DNA of 51,673 bases, the filler included, from Streblomastix strix (Eukaryota), in the NCBI GenBank assembly GCA_008636045.1. It is 2 parts of 2 records of this genome, joined end to end, with 100 filler letters (N's around TTAATTAATTAA, not from the genome) between each part and the next. Parts side by side here need not be neighbours in the genome. Positions count along the whole stretch, not along the records: positions 25,926 to 51,673 come from SNRW01000192.1; 1 more part is not named here. One strand, written 5' to 3'. A program made the translations under genes and the position numbers. The notes beneath the pieces are model-generated. The model did not search any database and had not been told where the DNA came from. It saw only the letters and a program-made list of their open reading frames with translations. Positions within the stretch are counted from its first letter, which is position 1, and every line of letters starts with the position of its first letter. Below, piece by piece: positions 28,013 through 39,748 of the stretch.

Positions 28013-29548
28013 ATGAGTTAAACCGTAGATAATACAAACAATGAACAGCTCATCAAATAAGATTCTAATGGATTAATTCATACCAATTCATAAAACAGAG
28101 CATTGACATTACTTAAATATGTATCATAATCTAATTCATAGAATAAGAAACTCAAAAACATAAAATAACTTATGAATTGTATTGATAAACTTAATGAATA
28201 AGAATTGATGATTAATATTGATAATAAATTTTGCTCAGAATTGAAAGCACAAATTGGATTAGGAATCAGCCCAATATAAAAAGAATTAATTTCTATTATT
28301 GAAAGAATTGCAGAAAGAGGTTGTTATTATTCAGAAAGAGATACTGACAATATATTTTATGATAGATTGATAGAATCTGGATTAAAAGATTGGATAAGAT
28401 AATTACTTTAATATGATTTGAAGAATCAGAATAATAATGAATAATAATAACAATATTCAGAATCTACATTTAATCTGATATTAACTTATTCATTCATAAA
28501 CAAAAACAAAAAGATTGAAAATGATTATTGCATATTCTGTTACTATTTCTTCATTAATCATATTTCATCATTGAATTAAAAAATTGCATAAAATTAAAGT
28601 AGGAATGAATTGAATTCAACCGATAATAAATAAATTATGATTTCAGATGAAGAAATGATAAATGGAGGAAGAATAATAAAAGCATTTGAAGGATTAATTG
28701 AATTCTGGGAAAATCGAGAATAATTCATAAAACTGAAATATACTGATTGTTTGTTCCCATTAATTCATTTCAATGGATCAATAAGTCAGAACTGCAAATA
28801 ATGCATCTCACTTCCAGAATCAGATTCTGCATTCAAATTTCAATCTAATATTCTTAGAATTCTAAATACAACTATTATGACAAGTAATATATTTAAACAA
28901 TAGTTGATAAATAATTTCTCTGCATTTGATCATATTATTCCAATAATAATCTAAACAGCTGCTTCTAAGAATCACAGTGATAATATTTCATTAGCAATTG
29001 TTTCTAATTCCATTCAATTGCTCTCTTCATTAATTTATACCAGTAATCAAACATTTAAGAAATTAGTTAATATTCCAAAACTTGGATAATCCTTAGTAAC
29101 ATTAGCTCAATTTGAAAGGACCAATCACATTATACAAAATCAGAATGTCTTATCAGATATCAGACTTTACAGCAATTCATGTCTTCAACTGATCAGATTC
29201 TATGGTGATGAAAATATTCAATATAAATTGATACGGGAATTGAATGTAATTAAATTGTAAATAGAAATACTTGGAATTGGAGGAGGGAACGAAGAGTAAA
29301 ATGTATTAATAATCCGAAATGCAGTAAGTTTTGTTGGGAGTATTTTCCTATCATATAGACGAGAATATTAATATTGCTAAGAACTTCCAGATCTGCTTAA
29401 AGAAGTCTATGAATAAATTGAATAAGAAAATGGAATTGAAGAAATATAAGCAAATTAATTTCATTCATTATAGATGGGAGTTAATCACATGAGTTATTAT
29501 GCTAATTAATCACTTTAATGGATAGTAAATGCATTTGTATATTAATGA
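28013..29548 (+). CDS. Intronless 511-aa hypothetical protein, probably ARM/HEAT-like alpha-solenoid, lineage-expanded type
   Basis: A 1536-nt ATG-to-TGA frame open only with TAR=Gln. It is rich in Leu, Ile, Asn and Gln helices, with a C-terminal ILGIGGGNEEQN..EQIEQENGIEEIQAN motif of the kind I recall from Streblomastix hypothetical families. Confidence 0.8.
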
Positions 29549-29828
29549 ATAAAATTATGAAAATAATATATATCAATTGTATAATTAAGAAAAACAATAG
29601 CAATTGATTAAGAAAGTAAAATATTCAATAATTATCCTACTTAACTCCATTTTCATCAGTTTTCAATAACTTTCAAAACATACGTTATTTCAAGTTTATT
29701 GAAATGAAACAAACCTTGAAATCTATGAATTTACTTAATTTTTCATTTATTTTTGTCTAATTGATACAATATAATAATTATTGTTAAAATATTTATTTAA
29801 TAAAAACACTGGGAACCAAAAAATTACT

Positions 29829-29902
29829 CGACCCACGTGGGACTTGAACCCACAATCTCTAGCTCCGGAGGCCAGCGCTCTAACCAATTAAGCCAGTGGG
29901 CC
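29829..29902 (-). tRNA. tRNA-Arg(CCG)
   Basis: GGCCCAC/GTGGGTC acceptor stem, D arm TGGCTTAATTGGTTAGAGC, anticodon arm CTGGC-CTCCGGA-GCTAG, T arm GTGGG-TTCAAGT-CCCAC, and a downstream T6 terminator (plus-strand A6 at 29818-29823). Confidence 0.96.
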
Positions 29903-31203
29903 AAAATTGTTTCATTTCGATTTTACACATTTAAAAATATTTAAGTATCTCATTTTATAATATATTGAAAATATGAACTGATCAAAAAAAATTATTGTTC
30001 ACGTTTTATAATTCAATGGCCTCAAGATATTGAATTAATATCGAAACAAAACTGTCCAGGGTTTGGGTGGGCGGTAGCCTCCTTTCAAGATAAGTATATG
30101 TAAGCAATGTATGGATCTTATAAGAAAAAGATAAAGATAAAAATAAAAGTTAAGCATAATGTAGAGCAGAAAAAATTCTTGATTTATTTTTTGAAAAAAA
30201 TAAAAATAATTTATAGTTTAGCCAATCATATTTGAGAATAGAAATTTGCAGATATAGTTTATATCTCTATATGACACATATATTCGTAAATTACATGTAT
30301 AAAAATTTCTTTGTGAGCAAGAAATCGAGAAAATGTAAATTGAGTTTATAAGATAACAAAATGTTTCGTATTCTATGGAATATAACAGTAAAAGTTGTAA
30401 ATGTTATGAATGTGTTATTTATATACCTATGCGTAAAATATATGTCGTGTTATTTGGATTTTATAAAATCCAAAAAACGTTTTAAGTCTAGGCGGACCAT
30501 TTTAGTGAAAATGTTGAGATTGGTTTATATGAGAGAAGGACTAATTTAATTTATTGGAACTTTATAAAATCGAGTAAATATGTGTATTTGAGGAGGAAAA
30601 AATGAATATTACGTTTTTCTCATCTTATAATTATCAAATTTTCACATTTTACAGTTTTCTGCCTCTATTACTTCATATAATTTATTCTATTAACTAAATT
30701 CAATATAACATACATTTTAACTTGTAATTTTCTTTTTATTTCTCTATCCAAAAGAAGGAATACAACATAGAAGAATAAGGAATGAAAATCTAACATATAA
30801 AGCCGAGTAGAACGGACAGCTTCACTTGCTAATTTCAATTCAGAGATTTTCTCAGCTAGTTTTTTAACTACACAATAAAATAAAGTCAATCCAAATCATA
30901 TTGCTCATAGCATTTTAAGCTTTATTGCGAACGTTCTAGGCACCTAATCGTCATACAAGAGGCACGGTCGCCACTTACTGTTAATGGAGGTCACCCCAAA
31001 AGGAAATTGATCGATCGTCCGACGGGGAGATATAAAGGAGGAACTTACTGGGATGACTAACTGTGAAATGGCGGATTGGCGCTCCATAAATAAAGTGGAT
31101 TTACACACGCGTTTACATATCCACCTGTCGTACACAATTGAGCTGACCATATTCACTCAGTTGTAACTGTTGCATTCAGCTCTCAAGAGATGTGTTTATC
31201 TGC

Positions 31204-32503
31204 TCAAAGCAGGAGAGCAGGAAGTACCAAGACTGCTGCAATCAAGCCAAGTGCTGCACGAACTACTGAAACACTGTTACCATAGACATTTGCATAATTG
31301 ATGTAGAAATCATCGAATGTTTGATCTGCAAATTCTTTAATTGGATCTGAATCTAAGTCAAAATACGAACCTTATGATACAATCTCAATTCCACCAACTT
31401 TCTTCCCTATATATTCTTAATCGTCATTAAAATCGTCTTCAATCAAGAGTAAGTGGGTCGAATTCCATCCAATGAACAATCCATTATAATATACATTACT
31501 GTACGAACCTTCTGAAGATCCTGGAATATAAGGATAAAATATCTATTATATTATAGCATTCCCTGCAGAGTCATATTTAGCAGGCTGTACTCCAGCTTAT
31601 ACGGGTCCAAAGCGAACAATAGCCCTCTTTAGTGTATTAAGATTACCACCATGGAAACTTCCCCAGGTGTACTTCTTGAGGTAAGCTTTGAATTTGCCCG
31701 TTCCTGTGCACTCATCTTTGATGATTTCTGGAGAACCCCTTACACGGTCTTCATCTTTGGTGTAATTTACATTGTAACCTGGTACCTTGCTAAAATCATT
31801 GGGATAACACGCAACATCAACTACTCCATCGTAATATCTGCTGGAGGCAACGTAACTAGTCAATTCGCCCCTGTGGCAATTTCTGTCCAAATCAGACAAA
31901 TATGAGTAGTACGTACCATCTATATCACCGATACCATCACCATTTGATTGATCAGCATCATCATAAGATATGTAATGCTTGCTTGGGCCTTTTAAGATAT
32001 TGTACGCAGAGGACGGGTAGAAATCGTCCTCGTTGCGGAAGTACGCCGTGTAAGCGATTTGTCTTTCGTCAACACCATCATCAGAGATATCTAGTTGTTC
32101 GCACTTGCCAATTGCTTCCCATTCGGAATCTGGTATTATTTGACTGGCTTTCAAAGTGGGAACTTTGTCTGCGGCAATAGCCAGATAATCGGCAGCGTCC
32201 TCTTTTGCACCCTTCTTTGCCTTAGTCTTGTTCAAGAATGTAAGCCCATCATCAAAATCAAGAGCACATCCTCCAAAAGACTCTTTGATAACTCCCTTTT
32301 TATCCCACGTTTCGAAACTGTTTCTCCATCTTATAACTTCTGGATCGTGGACAGGGATATCAGCAAATTTGTCAACGTGCTTAACTTTAATCTTTGCACT
32401 GAATGATAGAGTGGCAAGAGCAATGATCAGCAAATTGAATGCCCTATAAAAAAATGATAAATAAGTAAATAAAAGTTAATATAGACTTTGTTCGCAATGG
32501 CAT
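31204..32503 (-). CDS. 418-aa GPI-anchor-type surface protein, papain/cathepsin-B-like fold lacking catalytic residues
   Basis: Exon 1 is 32487-32503, followed by a 43-nt GT-AG intron and exon 2 at 31204-32443. It has a signal peptide (MPLRTKAFNLLIIALATLSFSA), reads through the TAA at 31597 as Gln, and ends in a hydrophobic tail NSVSVVRAALGLIAAVLVLPALLL-TGA. C1A-like landmarks are NCHRG, DGVVDVACYP, LKRAIVRFGPV and NGLFIGW. Confidence 0.85.
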
Positions 32504-32674
32504 TGTGTTATGTTGTAGATTATTGTGTTCCCATATTCACTACATCAATAACTAGGGTAAAATCACCCCCTGTTCCTCATAAAGGAAGGTTTTTGTGAGT
32601 AATTTTATTATCTATTTTGGCTATCAAATTAGTATATTTGACAAACGTTTATAATATATTCAGCATATATTAAC

Positions 32675-32698
32675 TTAATTCTAGTTAACTAGAATTAA
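32675..32698. promoter_or_regulatory. Perfect 24-bp palindrome TTAATTCTAGTTAACTAGAATTAA upstream of the GPI gene
   Basis: Self-complementary by inspection, about 170 nt upstream of the ATG at 32503. Function is unknown. Confidence 0.4.
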
Positions 32699-32709
32699 AG
32701 TAAATAGCG

Positions 32710-32727
32710 GTAGGGTTCGGGTTAGGC
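32710..32727. repeat. Degenerate telomere-like hexamers GTAGGG-TTCGGG-TTAGGC
   Basis: Three adjacent hexamers, each one mismatch from TTAGGG, in otherwise AT-rich DNA. Confidence 0.4.
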
Positions 32728-34329
32728 TGGAAATTGTTGTTATTTAATTTGGCTTGTTTCTCCACAACCGCAATATTTCACAGAGTTCGCTCAATTAACA
32801 TCATTCCACTATCACTCCCCTGCGCTTCTTGATCGGTGTTACGCATACATTATCGAAAGTCGAGTCAATTTTTATATTCTAAGGGCCAGATCGGAGAAAT
32901 TATCACTCTTTATTCTCAACATACTTTTTCTATCTTTATGTTAATTTTAATATTTATAAATTCATTAATGCCGTATTATACTATTTTTAAATTAAATAAT
33001 TTCTTATTTAAATTTTTTATTTTTCATTAGTTATAGATGAATATATTTTTAATAATTTGAGAATAAATATTCATTAAAGATTTGATTTCTTTGAAAATGT
33101 GTAGAATTGGTCAGATTTTTAGTAATAATTCTTATTATTTAGTTTATTTTTATTTTCATCATTTTCTAAAATTTTCAAATTGATATTTAAATTTCTTTGA
33201 AGAAGATAAACCGTTGCGAAATGATAATAAATCTTTGAAAATTCAAGTAATCTGTTCTAGTGATTAAGTTTAAAGACAAATTTATTCATGCAAATTAAGC
33301 AATAATTTAAAATGAAATTCAAAAAAATTAATATTCTTAAAACATAAAAAAAAATAAATATAATTAAATTATGATTGTTTTAAATTTATTTGATTTTTTT
33401 ACATTTTATCGCCAAATAAAGAAACAAATTAATAATTTTTAATGATTTTTTTTTTTAAATTGAACATATTTAATTATAAAAAAATGGAATTTGGCATTTT
33501 ATTATTTGTATAATATTAATATAAAATATATCAAACAAATCATATCCTCTACCTAGAAAACCTATGCGAATCGACATATTTCCCATTGAATATTAAAACG
33601 AATAAATATATATATTTTCATAATTTTATTCACGAGTTAGTATAAATGAAATGGGAATAGAAAATCAAAAATAAATTACATTTTTTTTTAATTTTTGTTA
33701 AATTTTTAAATTAGTGTTTATTAGATTTATTATGTAATGTAATAAAGAAAAATGTAAAAATTTGTTTATTTACAAAAAATTTCGATAATAATTAAATCTT
33801 CTTTTTGCAAATTCAATAAATGGATAGACAATAATTAAAAAATATTGTTTTATAATCAAATGAGACATTAAATTAATTTATTTATAATTTAATATTTTCA
33901 GATTCTACAGAAAATTATAACAAATAAAAAAAATTATTTCTAATAATAATTAATCAAATTTCAATTAAGAAGTTAATGTAACTGATTAAAAATTTTGAAT
34001 ATATATATGTTATCTTTAATCGTATAGTTTGTTTATTATTTTTATAAATCGTCAAGATTTTTTAAAAATCAACTTAAACAAACCGAGAACGGGCTAATTT
34101 TAGAAAATATTTTAAAATCAAAGAAAAATTTAAGACAAAAATTTAACCAATTTGCAAAACATAAATTTGGCTTATTTATATGATTTTTATTGAAAAATTA
34201 TTACAATAAATTTTATATATCATATCATAAACATATATTTTTTGATACGAAGTAATTGATACTATCAATATGAAATATAATAAAAATTTTCAGTAAAATT
34301 AATTTGAAATAAAGTTCTTATGACCGTTT

Positions 34330-34890
34330 CACAATTTTTCGCGTATTGATACAAGAGTTCGATATAAGAAATTTCTTAACATTCTAAAAATGAAGTTGAA
34401 TATTACTTGAAAAAGATTTTCATATATTGCACTTCAACTTTCATCGACCTACTTTAATGCTGTTGAAAATTTTTGGAAAAGAATTATAATAACAATTTAC
34501 TTACTAACATTCATTTAAACATGTTCAGAAGCTTTGATAAAAACAATAATATTCGAAATAACTGAATTTTCACTGGTTATAAATGAATGAAGATCTATAC
34601 TGTTGAATAGTTGCAGTTGATTTTTGATCGTTAGAGAAACTTTCAAATATATTGATTTTTAAACATTTAATAGTCCAATTTAGGTAAAATCAATAGGAAA
34701 TAGTTATATTTGGTTGATTAATAGTTAAATATCATAAAATATGAATAATTCAATAACGTTTGAATGTGGAACTTCGATAATGACTGAATTAATTGATTGC
34801 GATTGAAATCAACTACAGTACTATCCTTGTTTCATTATTTCCAAGTTTCTAAGATAATTTAATTTTCTTCCCTGACAACCTTAATCACAT
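34330..34890 (-). pseudogene. Decayed beta-helix surface-protein fragment (tentative)
   Basis: A long minus-strand frame with scattered TGA codons, including FQKFSTALKQVDES*SAIYENL, which resembles the GxGSAIYAxL motifs of the beta-helix family. Confidence 0.3.
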
Positions 34891-36893
34891 AGCCATTGAA
34901 ATATTATTCAGTTTTTGCATTATTTACATTTTAGTGACATAAAATAAATTTTTTTAATAATGAAAATGAAAAAATTATCGAAATAAAATAAGTTTGTTCG
35001 TCAAATCTCAAAAAACAAGTGTTCACGATTAAGAATTAGTAGCTTTTTGATTTAGATAAAAGTTAATTTCAATTAAATGATGATACATATTGCAAATTCA
35101 AATCAATTTTAAAGATTGAAGAATTTGTTTGAATATATTCAGATATTTTTGTTTAAAAATCAATTATTTAATCTAAAAATTTTTAAATTCAAATTGAATA
35201 AAAAATTGAAGTATAATCTGTCGAAACAAATAAGATAATTATTAATGAAATATTTAAAGAAGTTGATAAATCAGTTATATACGTAGAAGTTGAAGAAATA
35301 ACTCAATAACTCTCAAAATTATATCTAAAATATTTACATTTTTCTTAATAAAATCCAATAATTTAAAAAAATAAATTAGGTTCATATTGGTGAGTGGATG
35401 TACGTCGTGAATTCGAAGATGATTTTATGCATTTTTCAGAAAATTTAGTTGAATTTAAGAGATTGACTATCCAAAATATTTAAATTGATGCTCAGATAAT
35501 TTTAGAAAAATTATACAATAACTTTATTCATTAATATTAAGAAAATTTAAAAAGAACGATAAAATTGAAATTTTTTGATATTTTAAACAAAAAAATAATT
35601 TTAAGTAATAGATAATGTTCTGTATAATACACTTAAAGAAATAAATTAAGATGAAATTGATTATGTTAAATTATTGGATTCATTTGAGGTTATGAATTAA
35701 AATTATAATTTTTAACTTTATAATTTTTGAATTATTAAACGGAAATTAAATTTTGCGATTTAGACATGTTTGTTGAAAGATGAAAATGAATGTAATATAG
35801 AAGATGGTTTATTTATTATGGCTGCTTAAACTCCAAATAAGTCTGATAAAATATGAAAGAAAAATAAAGAAATGTGAAATAAAAAATTAATATTTTACTA
35901 AATAATTATTTTTTTACAAAAAAATTATTTTTTAATTTTTTATAACAATTCTTTCAAAAATGTAATTAAATAGTAAGAAATATATAAAGTTTTAGACTTT
36001 TCTATTTTTTTTTTAAAATTAATTTGATAGCATTTTTTTTCTCACATGCATAATTTCCAAACGACCTTTGTAAATATCCTGAATTTCATATAAATGACAA
36101 AGTTTGGCAAGTTTAGTATTATAAAGGTATAATAACGATCTAAACGCAAGAAATGCTATTTTATTTTTCTACTGACGATTTTTAGTAGAAACCGATCATT
36201 AATAATTATTTTAGCTAGCTACCAACAAATAAATGTTTAAAAAAAATGTATTATTAAAAGTAAAATGATATGTATTTTAAATGAAATTTTTAATTTTTTA
36301 AATGATGAAAGAAAAAATTATTCAACAGATTAATAAATTTTCATTGTTTAATTTTTTAAAAAATTTTTATATTAAAATTTTTTTTGAAAAATTTTTATAT
36401 TAAGAATTTTTTAGTTTACAACATAAATTTAAATTAAAAAATTAATTTATTAATTAAAAAAATAGCAATAATTTTTAAACTTTAAACGAGTATTAATTTT
36501 TTATATCACAATAAACATATATCTTTTTCTTTCTTCAAATAACAATATTTTGATACAATAACAATTTCTTTGAAAATTTATTTTAAATTTTGTTAAATGT
36601 TTTACCTGAGTTTACATTTAAATAACATTTATTATTTTTATTTAAATTTCCTAGTCAGTATCAATGCTTCATAACATTATTATATATTTTCTCCCATTAG
36701 ACGAAATATGTCAAAAAAATCAAAATCCGAATCATTTTTTTAAATTATTTTTGAATCAACTGTATCAAAAAAAAATTTAATCTCTCTTTCATTTTAATTA
36801 TCTTTAATTGATTAAATTTATAATCAACTAAACAATGAATTTGTAAAAAATTAATGACAAATCCGAATAATATTTAGATTTTGAAGTACAATT

Positions 36894-36948
36894 GTCAGTG
36901 ACTTCGAGTGTATCATGAACCATGTAGTTCGAATCCTACCTTGCTTAC
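36894..36948 (+). pseudogene. Degenerate, internally deleted tRNA (Ser/Leu-like) remnant
   Basis: 5' GTCAGTGACTTCGAGTG resembles an acceptor stem plus A-box, and GTAG-TTCGAATC-CTAC resembles a T arm/B-box. The anticodon arm is missing and the acceptor stem is broken. Confidence 0.5.
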
Positions 36949-38099
36949 TCATTTTATATTAACGATAACCTCACAAATTAACATGTTCAAACAAGATACA
37001 TATCCATTTCACCTTCAAAACAGACGGATTTATTTGTGTTAGAAGAAATTGATGAAATATTTTGAATATGTAGGTCAACTGTGAGTTATATAGATATGTC
37101 ATAATGTACAAAATCCAATAATAGTATAGAAAAAAACAAAACATAAAGTAATTTCAATTCGATAAAAATGGGTTCTTTAAATTTAAAATAAAATAAAAAT
37201 CTTCTTCACTTAATATAACATTTATAAATCATTCATATCTAGATATAAATTCTTAGATTGTTTAGAAAAATAATAATATTTTTTTTGTAATGTTTAAGAT
37301 AAGATACCAAATTTTATCAATAATTAATCAACGAATCTAAAATCAGTCAAAATGCACAAAACGATCATTCATCATAAGATTTGTGAATGTCCATAATGGA
37401 ATTGATGAATTCAATTGCTGTAACTTAATTTTAATATTCAAAATTGAACATATATATAAATATCAAATTTACGAATTATAGTATAATAAAGAATTAACAA
37501 TAAATGATTCGTAAATAAGAATTGCTTCGTTTCAACATTTTGGTAGTGAATATATTTAAAGTTTATTTAGATTTCAATTATATGAATCAATATTTTCAAA
37601 TAAAAGTCCAACTCTAATGAATATTCTATCTCCAAAACTATGATTTCTTTCATCACAAAAATATCTAACTATTTTAATGAACAATTTTACTTTTTTTCTT
37701 TTTCATAATATTTATTCCTTTTTATATTTATTCCTTAGTCTTAGATTAAATTAAATTAAATTAACAACTTTCAACAAATTAAAGAAAATTGATTAAATAT
37801 GCAAGAAAAATTAATTTAGATTTCAATTTAGAAAATAATTTGCATTTATTTCTTCATAAATTCTTTAGCACCTGTTTTACATATATAATTTTACTTTGAA
37901 AAATAATAAATTTTATTTTCCTTATATGTTTTTATAATCAATATATAAAATTTAATTACAATTCCAGAGAAAAAATAAAAAAATAAAAAAATTTAATTTA
38001 ATATCCAATCTGTAAATATATATTGAATTAAATATTCTTAAAATTATATAAATTATTAATTAAATAAAATTTATACTCGTTATAGCATAACAATTTGCC

Positions 38100-39465
38100 A
38101 TGGCGATATTAGGCTCGCTTATTACCCGTCTTTCTGATGGATTGCCTTTAGCTGGATCATTGTTAGAATCTTTCTGTTTGTTTTTTCTTTAAAATATAAT
38201 TTCCCATTCATATTTTTCTAATAATTACTAACAGAACGTACATCCGAACTGGTATCATACTGTGATAAAGCGAAAAACATTTCAAAGACACTAAATAAAA
38301 CTTCTCCACCTAAAATGGTAGTTAAAGATGGATACAATGCATTTTTGTATGAATATCTATTTATTAATTACATCACACACACTATAATAATAATTATAAT
38401 TATACAGATACATAATTGACAACGGGGTTGCATACATTGCAATATCCAGTTATTCTGTAAATCAGCAAAATGCGTTTGACTTCTTAGACGAGATAAAAGA
38501 AGAGCTCAAGAAAAGAGTTCCATACGACAAAATTACTCGAGCGCAGCACGAGAACGAGTTCGCGTGGATCAACACGGATCTCATCCAGAGGCAGCAGAAT
38601 AAGAACGCAACTGATTAAAAACAGAAACTGGACCAACTTGGCTCTGAAATGTTGGAGACGAAAGGTGTTCTGACGAAGAACTTGGATGAAGTCCTGAACA
38701 GAGGCGAGAAGATATCACGTGTGCTTTGCGCATTAGTAAATGAATTATATATTGTACATTATATAGTTAATAATTATACATTGTACATTATACAAATAAT
38801 AATTATACATAATACATTATACAAATAATAATTATACGTTATACATTATACAAATAATAATTATACATTGTACAAATAATAATTATACATTGTACATTAT
38901 ACAAATAATAATTATACGTTATACATTATACAAATAATAATTATACATTGTACATTATATAAATAATAATTATATATTATACATTATTCAATTAATAATT
39001 ATATATTATACATTATTCAATTAATAATTATATATTATACATTATTCAATTAATAATTATATATTAAACATTATTCAAATAATAATTATACATTATACAT
39101 TATTCAAATAATAATTATACATTATACATTATTCAATTAATAATTATATATTAAACATTATTCAAATAATAATTATACATTATACATTATTCAAATAATA
39201 ATTATACATTATACAAATAATAATTATACATTATACAAATAATAATTATACATTATACAATTAATAATTTATTTATTATTATATTTATTATATATTCAAT
39301 AAAGGTGTTACTGACTTATCTAGCTCTCTTCTGAATGATGCCAAAGGGTTTCACAAGAGATCGGTGGATTTGGATAAAGCTTCTGGTTGGCGGCAATATT
39401 TGCCTTTGATAGGTATTGTTGGGGGAGTCATCATCGTTGCTTTATTGACGAAATAGTTTATGTGA
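38100..39465 (+). CDS. SEC22: Sec22 longin R-SNARE (ER-Golgi), 4 exons
   Basis: Exons are 38100-38175, 38235-38346, 38408-38718 and 39305-39465. It has ITRLSDGLPLAGS (Sec22 longin N-terminus), NAFDFLDEI, the R-SNARE motif VLTKNLDEVLNRGEKI and a C-terminal TM segment YLPLIGIVGGVIIVALL, ending in TGA. Confidence 0.92.
38743..39269. repeat. Intronic minisatellite, 29-bp unit (TAATAATTATACATTRTACATTATACAAA) with 22-bp deletion variants
   Basis: Roughly 19 tandem units filling Sec22 intron 3. Confidence 0.9.
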
Positions 39466-39748
39466 GTTAAATTCTATAGCATTGATTAAAACTCTATTAA
39501 ATAAAGAGTATCTAACGAAAACAAATATTATTTTATTTTAATTTTATTGAAATTGTTTATAAATAGTAGAAACAGAATACATAACAAATGGAAAAGTAAG
39601 TACAAAAATAAGAACAATTTTTTGTCTCGTTTTACTGGCTTGCTACTTGTCTATATTGTAAAACATCTTTGTAATAGTTTGCAATAATTTAAATAATATT
39701 AATTGAATAATTTATATGCAAATTCTATTATTCATCGTCTCAGAAAAA

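Noticed and set aside
30972..31052. U1 snRNA 5' end (ACTTACTG, twice)
   Set aside because: It does not match ACTTACCTG, and no U1 stem-loops or Sm site are recognisable.
31597..32433. Horizontal origin of the GPI gene suggested by 278 codons without TAA/TAG
   Set aside because: Only four Gln occur in that stretch, the C-terminal part uses TAR=Gln, and the gene has a host-type intron.
31651..32449. Four overlapping plus-strand ORFs
   Set aside because: They are antisense shadows of the GC-richer GPI gene.
35390..35700. Coding-like stretch DVRREFEDDFMHF...
   Set aside because: It has no start, splice structure or recognisable motif, so it is too weak to call.
38743..39269. CRISPR-like array (29-bp periodicity)
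   Set aside because: Units are contiguous with no unique spacers, it lies in a eukaryotic intron, and there are no cas genes.
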